Shown here: positions 59,077 through 64,000 of the stretch, piece after piece
Position numbering within the stretch: the first letter of the stretch is position 1
Layout of the letters: the number at the start of each line of letters is the position of its first letter
Assembly (NCBI GenBank): GCA_031385045.1
Contig: JANNBC010000048.1
Coordinates: forward strand, 32,001-96,000
DNA from: a bacterium
GTDB lineage: Bacteria; Bdellovibrionota_C; UBA2361; CALJRW01
DNA: 64,000 bases
Reading direction: 5' to 3'
Notes under the pieces: generated by a model
The model's database searches: none
The model's input: the letters and a program-made list of their open reading frames with translations, nothing else
What the model was told of the DNA's origin: nothing
Program-made: the position numbers and the translations under genes

Positions 59077-60377
59077 GAATTAAACTGCCAAGAATGTTGT
59101 AAATGAAGCACGCCGATCTGATCATGCTGAGATTGAACTGAAAACTTAATTGCGTTTTTATGATAATCATAGGCATACCCATCTTCCCGGTGGACAGCCA
59201 AATCAAGATAATAAGTATTTGTTAGCAAATTAGTTGATGGAATCACAATACTAACAACACCTTCTATTGCTAAGTCTCGTGTTTCCACTCTTTCTAAGTG
59301 TGTATTTGTTCCAATTATATTTAAACCATCAGCGCGATTAATTCCAAAACCAAAGACAACAGATTTTTGTGGAGCATGAATTTTGTAATAAATATTAACT
59401 ACACTTGGCTCCCCTGTATGAAATAGAACCTTCTCTTCACCTTTAAAGTTAGTTAAAGTTGCACGAGTAATTTCAATCTCACGACTTCCCCAACGCTCAT
59501 AAGCAAATTTCTCAAGCTCTTCATGAGCTTCAGGCTTAGCTGTCTTAGCATTAACGCTAATTTGTGTTGCCTCGCGTGACTTGCCTAAAATTTCTTCTTC
59601 TATACCTTTCTCAATAAACTCTCGGTAATGATCAATCACCCGACGTGGATGACCACGGTCTTTCACTTCGCCTTTATTTAACCAAATAACTTCGTCACTC
59701 CAACGTTCGATAGCACCTAAATCATGGCTCACCATAAAAAGAGTTTTTTCTTGACTACGCAGCTCGGCAACTTTCTCTTGGCACTTCTGAACAAAGCCGG
59801 CATCCCCTACTGCTAAGACCTCATCAATCAATAAGATATCTGGATCCGTATTCACTGCAAGACTAAAACCTAAACGCATAAACATACCAGAGGAATATGT
59901 TCTAACAGGTTGATCAATGAAATCTTGAAGTTCGGCAAACTCAACAATCTGATCAAACTTTTCATTAATTTGTTTTTTAGTTAATCCATATAAGATTCCA
60001 GCTAGATATAGATTCTCCCGGCCAGTAAAATCAGGATGAAATCCAGCCCCTAATTCAATCAAGGCTCGAACCTCACCATTAATCTTAACATGTCCATGGT
60101 CAGGCGCATAAATACCAGTAATTAATTTTAATAAAGTTGACTTACCAGAGCCGTTGCGACCAATAATTCCAACAGAGGCACCTCGTGGAATACGAATAGT
60201 TAAATCTTTAATCGCTGTTGTTTGAATAATATTCTGAGCAATCTTCTTTTGAAAAGGCTTAGTGACTAAAGACTTCAGAGTAGTATAGCTTCCGGTAAGA
60301 TTTTTACTTCGATTAAAACTCTTCGATAGCTCAAAGATATCTACGGCGTAATCTAGTTTAGAATCGATAGTACTCAT
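59073..60377 (-). CDS. wzt: polysaccharide ABC transporter ATPase Wzt with C-terminal carbohydrate-binding domain
   Basis: GRNGSGKSTL, LGAGFHPDFTGREN, YSSGM, DEVLAVGD; RWGS... Wzt_C domain. Confidence 0.92.
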   Translation of the reverse strand: MSTIDSKLDYAVDIFELSKSFNRSKNLTGSYTTLKSLVTKPFQKKIAQNIIQTTAIKDLTIRIPRGASVGIIGRNGSGKSTLLKLITGIYAPDHGHVKINGEVRALIELGAGFHPDFTGRENLYLAGILYGLTKKQINEKFDQIVEFAELQDFIDQPVRTYSSGMFMRLGFSLAVNTDPDILLIDEVLAVGDAGFVQKCQEKVAELRSQEKTLFMVSHDLGAIERWSDEVIWLNKGEVKDRGHPRRVIDHYREFIEKGIEEEILGKSREATQISVNAKTAKPEAHEELEKFAYERWGSREIEITRATLTNFKGEEKVLFHTGEPSVVNIYYKIHAPQKSVVFGFGINRADGLNIIGTNTHLERVETRDLAIEGVVSIVIPSTNLLTNTYYLDLAVHREDGYAYDYHKNAIKFSVQSQHDQIGVLHLQHSWQFNS

Positions 60378-60937
60378 TATTTGATTATATAAATATCAGA
60401 TAGGTTGCGGTAATAATCTTCATGATTCATTCCATAACCAACAAACCACTCTGGGCCATCAAAATTAAAGCCAATAAAATCAGGTTTAAATAATGGCTCT
60501 TGTAAGTGACGATTGACTAAAACTGCAGAGTTTACTTGACGAGCCCCAGCGTTAATAAAATTTTTAGAGATGTGATGAAGCGTTCTTCCAGAATCACAGA
60601 TATCATCAATTAAGAGAATAATCTGATCTTTAACATCAAAGCCCATGGAATCAACCTTTACCTCTTCGCGTTGACTATTATCTTCAGCATTATATGACCA
60701 ACAACGTACTGGAGAAATCGAAACGGAACAGTCAATTGCCCGCACTAAATCAGCAAAGAAGAAAATTGATCCTCTTAAAATTGGCACAACTACAACCTGT
60801 TGTTGCACTGGAAGTTGCAATGACTCAATCCAATTAGAGATTTTAGATCCTAATTTATGATTAACTGCTTGTATTTCAGCAGCAGAGTATTGTAATTTAA
60901 AGTTATTCGGTATTTGCATAACACTTAAGTTGTTCAA
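60377..60937 (-). CDS. hpt: hypoxanthine phosphoribosyltransferase-like
   Basis: ILRGSIFFFADL, ILLIDDICDSGRTL, FVGYGM...YRNL. Confidence 0.8.
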   Translation of the reverse strand: MNNLSVMQIPNNFKLQYSAAEIQAVNHKLGSKISNWIESLQLPVQQQVVVVPILRGSIFFFADLVRAIDCSVSISPVRCWSYNAEDNSQREEVKVDSMGFDVKDQIILLIDDICDSGRTLHHISKNFINAGARQVNSAVLVNRHLQEPLFKPDFIGFNFDGPEWFVGYGMNHEDYYRNLSDIYIIK

Positions 60938-60961
60938 GAGGCCTGAGAAATTACTATATAA

Positions 60962-61354
60962 ATGAATATTTTCAAAATCTTACTAATTACTAGCTACCTA
61001 GCTCTTTGCGCTTGCCAGCAACAGCCAGCTTATCAAGAACTTAAAGAGGAACTTAGCCAGAGTCTACAAGAAATTAATTCTAAAATATCCAAAGAATACC
61101 AAAAACACGAGGATGGAATCGGCAAGCTAGCTAATGCTGAACTAGACAAACTCCAGGCAATTGAGTACCACGTTTTTGAACTTGGCAGCGAGGAGTCAAC
61201 TGAACAACACCAACAGAAACTAAATGAAATCGGTAAAGAACGTTGGGATTGTTTCTTTATTGATAAATCAAATGAATTTTACCGCGTTTATTGTCGTCGG
61301 ACACCGAAGTCTTACTTGAGATATCTATCTAGAATTCCAAATTTTATTCCTTAA
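60962..61354 (+). CDS. lipoprotein, hypothetical
   Basis: Lipobox LCAC; EY...LNEIGKERW (DUF4177-like). Confidence 0.65.
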   Translation: MNIFKILLITSYLALCACQQQPAYQELKEELSQSLQEINSKISKEYQKHEDGIGKLANAELDKLQAIEYHVFELGSEESTEQHQQKLNEIGKERWDCFFIDKSNEFYRVYCRRTPKSYLRYLSRIPNFIP

Positions 61355-61361
61355 ATTTCCG

Positions 61362-62165
61362 ATGAAATTCTTACCCTATTGCTTACTACTTATTTTCTTA
61401 ACCTCATGTTCTGTCCAACGCAAACCAGTTGTGGCAGGAGAAATTCCATTACAAGGCGACTTGAACCCTCAAGAGATTGAGTATGGAGCACAAGTTTTTA
61501 ACCAACTGGCAGCTGAGTATCCAATGGAAGAGGATCTAGCATTAAACTCACGAGTTAGAAAAATTGTTACCAGACTGTCAAATGCTGCTTCCGGTAATAA
61601 CGGAGGAAATCCTTGGCATGTCTATGTGTTTAAGGATGATAATTTTAAGAATGCTGCGGCTACAAGGGGAAACTATATTTTCGTTTGGACTGGAATTCTT
61701 AATACCACTGAGAGTGACCATCAACTTGCAACAATTCTGGCCCATGAAGTAAGTCACGTCCTAGCAAACCACACAACGCCAACCTCGGGAGAAGCAGCAA
61801 ATCAAATTATAGCTGGCAGTAGTGGACAAGTTGCCTCTTCCGTCCTAGCTGCCAGTGGTCAATACTATGGAATTGCCAATATCGCTGGCCAACTCACATC
61901 TGCATTAATGCAAGGGTTAATTGTAAATCCAGGATCACAACGGTTAGAAAGTGAAGCTGATACCATTGGCTTATTTTTAATGGCCAAAGCTGGTTACAAT
62001 CCTCAAGCTGCCCTAGATTTTTGGAATCAAGTTCGACAAGATCCTAACTTTGGCGGTGCCTCCATTAGCTTCCTATCCACTCACCCAAGCTCCGAAGCCC
62101 GAATCATCAATATCGAGAAATACCTCCCCCAAGCCCAAATCCTCTACCACAAATCCCGCAAATAA
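61362..62165 (+). CDS. M48-family metallopeptidase lipoprotein
   Basis: Lipobox LTSC, NAAA, LAHEVSH (HExxH), ESEAD, FLSTHP...RI. Confidence 0.92.
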   Translation: MKFLPYCLLLIFLTSCSVQRKPVVAGEIPLQGDLNPQEIEYGAQVFNQLAAEYPMEEDLALNSRVRKIVTRLSNAASGNNGGNPWHVYVFKDDNFKNAAATRGNYIFVWTGILNTTESDHQLATILAHEVSHVLANHTTPTSGEAANQIIAGSSGQVASSVLAASGQYYGIANIAGQLTSALMQGLIVNPGSQRLESEADTIGLFLMAKAGYNPQAALDFWNQVRQDPNFGGASISFLSTHPSSEARIINIEKYLPQAQILYHKSRK

Positions 62166-62288
62166 CCTCCCCCCGACTTCTCTGATACCTTATTAACTTA
62201 ACTTAGCGCATTAAGACTACCACCCAACATCACTGTTACTTAAAAAAGCGAAAAAATGGCATATCTTCACTAGCCCCCCAAATACCAC

Positions 62289-62316
62289 TAAAGTCCCAAT
62301 TCCTATCAGCCGATAC
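62289..62316 (+). promoter_or_regulatory. putative sigma28 (FliA) promoter
   Basis: TAAA-N16-GCCGATAC, 21 bp upstream of ORF 62338. Confidence 0.55.
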
Positions 62317-62337
62317 CCATTAAAATCAAGGAAGATT

Positions 62338-62928
62338 ATGAATTGGCTATTAAACATCTTAAATCAGTTACTCAACCACAAGACTCAGGAAGACACCTGG
62401 CATCGTATTTCAACTCCAGTTCGCCGGATGAATGCTGATGTCCAAATTAAAAACACTATACAGCCTCCAGATTCATACTCAGAACAACTTTTTCAACAAA
62501 AAGTATCGATGATTGAGCAATCTTTGCGACTTGCTAAAGATCAAGCAAAAAGTATTAATCAAGCTGTACAGAATATTCCAACTCATCCGGAAAGCATTGA
62601 AGAAGCTATTAAAGAAATCATTAAAAATTGTGATGCCGTGTCTCTAAGTGGGATACAAATATTAGAAGGCGAACCAATTCACCTAAAATATCAACAACAA
62701 GAACTGGTTATCCAATTGCCTTCATGTAGTAAAGAAATTCTTGATTTATCAAGAGATCGGAAGTTTCTACCTAACGTAAATCAAAAAGTGCAGGAATTAA
62801 GCTTAGCTATTGATGCCTCCCTAGAAAATTTACAAAAATTTCTAACCAAAATTGAAACCGGACAACAAAATTATCTTTCTGCTGGCATTGACTTAAAGCT
62901 TTTTCAAAGCCAAATAACTGATGCCTAA
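62338..62928 (+). CDS. hypothetical protein, possibly a highly divergent flagellin-like protein
   Basis: SLSGIQILEG resembles T.FNG.KLL.G; LAIDASL...QQNYL resembles AID.AI...QNRL. AGGA RBS. Confidence 0.5.
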   Translation: MNWLLNILNQLLNHKTQEDTWHRISTPVRRMNADVQIKNTIQPPDSYSEQLFQQKVSMIEQSLRLAKDQAKSINQAVQNIPTHPESIEEAIKEIIKNCDAVSLSGIQILEGEPIHLKYQQQELVIQLPSCSKEILDLSRDRKFLPNVNQKVQELSLAIDASLENLQKFLTKIETGQQNYLSAGIDLKLFQSQITDA

Positions 62929-63053
62929 TCTGGCGATGCTTTAACTTAGCACTCACCTAGACAAAAGAGACCCAGTTTGGGAATCTTAGTCATCAATGAT
63001 ACAATACTCCTTAAGTAATGATCAATTTGCGATGACAAGTTATTATTGTTAAT

Positions 63054-63232
63054 TATAGTATATACTAAAACCGATTAGGTTTTAGCGAACTGCTAGGAAA
63101 AATGCGGATTGCATTTTTAGTTCATTGGGGTTTTAGTATATTTGTTTTCCCCAGATAAAATGCTTGTAAAATAAGCATTTTAGCCTGAGCAACCCCCTTG
63201 GGTCGCTTCAAGCGCTTTGCGCTTGATATACT
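63054..63232. repeat. structured non-coding repeat element, copy B
   Basis: Homologous to 16918-17092. ATATACTAAAACC/GGTTTTAGTATAT stem plus internal and downstream hairpins. Confidence 0.8.
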
Positions 63233-63279
63233 AGGCGACTAATTTTAGAACAGTAATTTCTAATGTCGCCTAGTATATC
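63225..63279. repeat. 15-bp perfect inverted repeat element abutting copy B
   Basis: GATATACTAGGCGAC ... GTCGCCTAGTATATC. Confidence 0.7.
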
Positions 63280-63348
63280 TAAAAAGTAATTGACCTGAAG
63301 AGCGTTAAGCCTTTGGTTGGACACCATATTTGTTATTTAGCTATTTCA

Positions 63349-64000
63349 ATGTTTCAAAATTTATCTGATAAACTAACTACTGCACTAAAAAGTCTCCGCG
63401 GTAAAACTGTAATCTCTGCACAGGATCTCGAAGCCACTCTGAAAGAGGTACGCCTTGCTCTCTTAGAAGCTGATGTAAATTATAAAGTTGCTAAAGATTT
63501 CTGTGCTGAAATTGCTATTCTTGCTCAAGGCGAAGAAGTTTTAAAAAGTCTGAAACCAGATCAACAAATTATTAAGATTGTACATGAGCAGCTTAAAATC
63601 ATGCTTGGTTCAAATGCCAGTGAGCTTAATATTAAAGTTGCCCCACCAGCAATTATTATGTTGGTTGGTTTACAAGGGTCTGGGAAAACAACAAGTTGCG
63701 GCAAATTAGCAATTTACCTTCGCAAGCAATTAAAGCGTAATCCACTGTTAGTCCCTGCAGACATTTATCGTCCTGCTGCGATTGAACAATTAAAAACTTT
63801 AGGCAAACAAATTAATGTTCCAGTTTACGACACTCAACCAGGACAAAAACCACTACAGATTGCCGAGCTTGCGGTAGAGCAAGCGAGACTAATGGGTCAT
63901 GACATTGTAATTCTTGATACTGCTGGTCGCTTACAAATTGATACAGAGTTAATGCGAGAATTAGGTGACATCCAAGCCTCAATTAAACCCCAAGAAATAC
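63349..64000 (+). CDS. ffh: signal recognition particle protein Ffh, 3' truncated by the window edge
   Basis: Translated by hand from ATG 63349: MFQNLSDKL...EVRLALLEADVN...GLQGSGKTT...DIYRPAA...DTAGRLQID. Absent from the ORF track because it has no stop. Confidence 0.96.
   Translation, partial: MFQNLSDKLTTALKSLRGKTVISAQDLEATLKEVRLALLEADVNYKVAKDFCAEIAILAQGEEVLKSLKPDQQIIKIVHEQLKIMLGSNASELNIKVAPPAIIMLVGLQGSGKTTSCGKLAIYLRKQLKRNPLLVPADIYRPAAIEQLKTLGKQINVPVYDTQPGQKPLQIAELAVEQARLMGHDIVILDTAGRLQIDTELMRELGDIQASIKPQEI

Noticed and set aside
809..61752. Short ORFs nested in or antisense to larger genes (e.g. 809, 1932, 3018, 5316, 6511, 6590, 10625, 14967, 16442, 20622, 26951, 29694, 30211, 31004, 37654, 37706, 38118, 38504, 41316, 41526, 46215, 47107, 51439, 53251, 54724, 61564)
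   Set aside because: Shadow ORFs of well-supported genes with no recognisable motifs.
62117..62175. C-rich near-direct repeat AAATA(A)CCTCCCCC at the end of the M48 gene as an att site
   Set aside because: Short, low-complexity, and no integrase or island boundary evidence.
63054..63279. SRP (4.5S) RNA next to ffh
   Set aside because: No domain IV CAGG..GRAA..AGCA motif on either strand, and a second copy lies in an unrelated context.

Overview
AT-rich (mid-30s % GC by eye) bacterial chromosomal window. Gene content suggests a deltaproteobacterial/Bdellovibrionota-like organism (inference only). It is mostly housekeeping: hisD, hemB, thiolase, desaturase, trxA, prmA, purD/purH, mutS, rpsA, cmk, trmO, an Mla/MCE ABC system, addAB, cmoB, a wzm/wzt-GT4 glycan locus, hpt and a partial ffh, with scattered orphan genes. 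I see no CRISPR array, tRNA/rRNA, transposase or prophage. Main oddities: (1) a ~175-bp multi-hairpin non-coding element in two diverged copies (16918-17092 and 63054-63232) whose stems show compensatory base changes, plus several other intergenic inverted-repeat elements with TA ends; (2) an intact but apparently catalytically dead, shortened arginyl-tRNA-synthetase paralog at the usual argS-SPOR position; (3) further apparent pseudo-enzymes, namely a radical-SAM-fold protein lacking CxxxCxxC but with a beta-clamp motif, and a nucleophile-less alpha/beta hydrolase; (4) a tandem HU-like plus SUFU-like fusion protein; (5) a very divergent flagellin-like protein behind a sigma28-like promoter. 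All family assignments are by eye from motifs; no searches were run.
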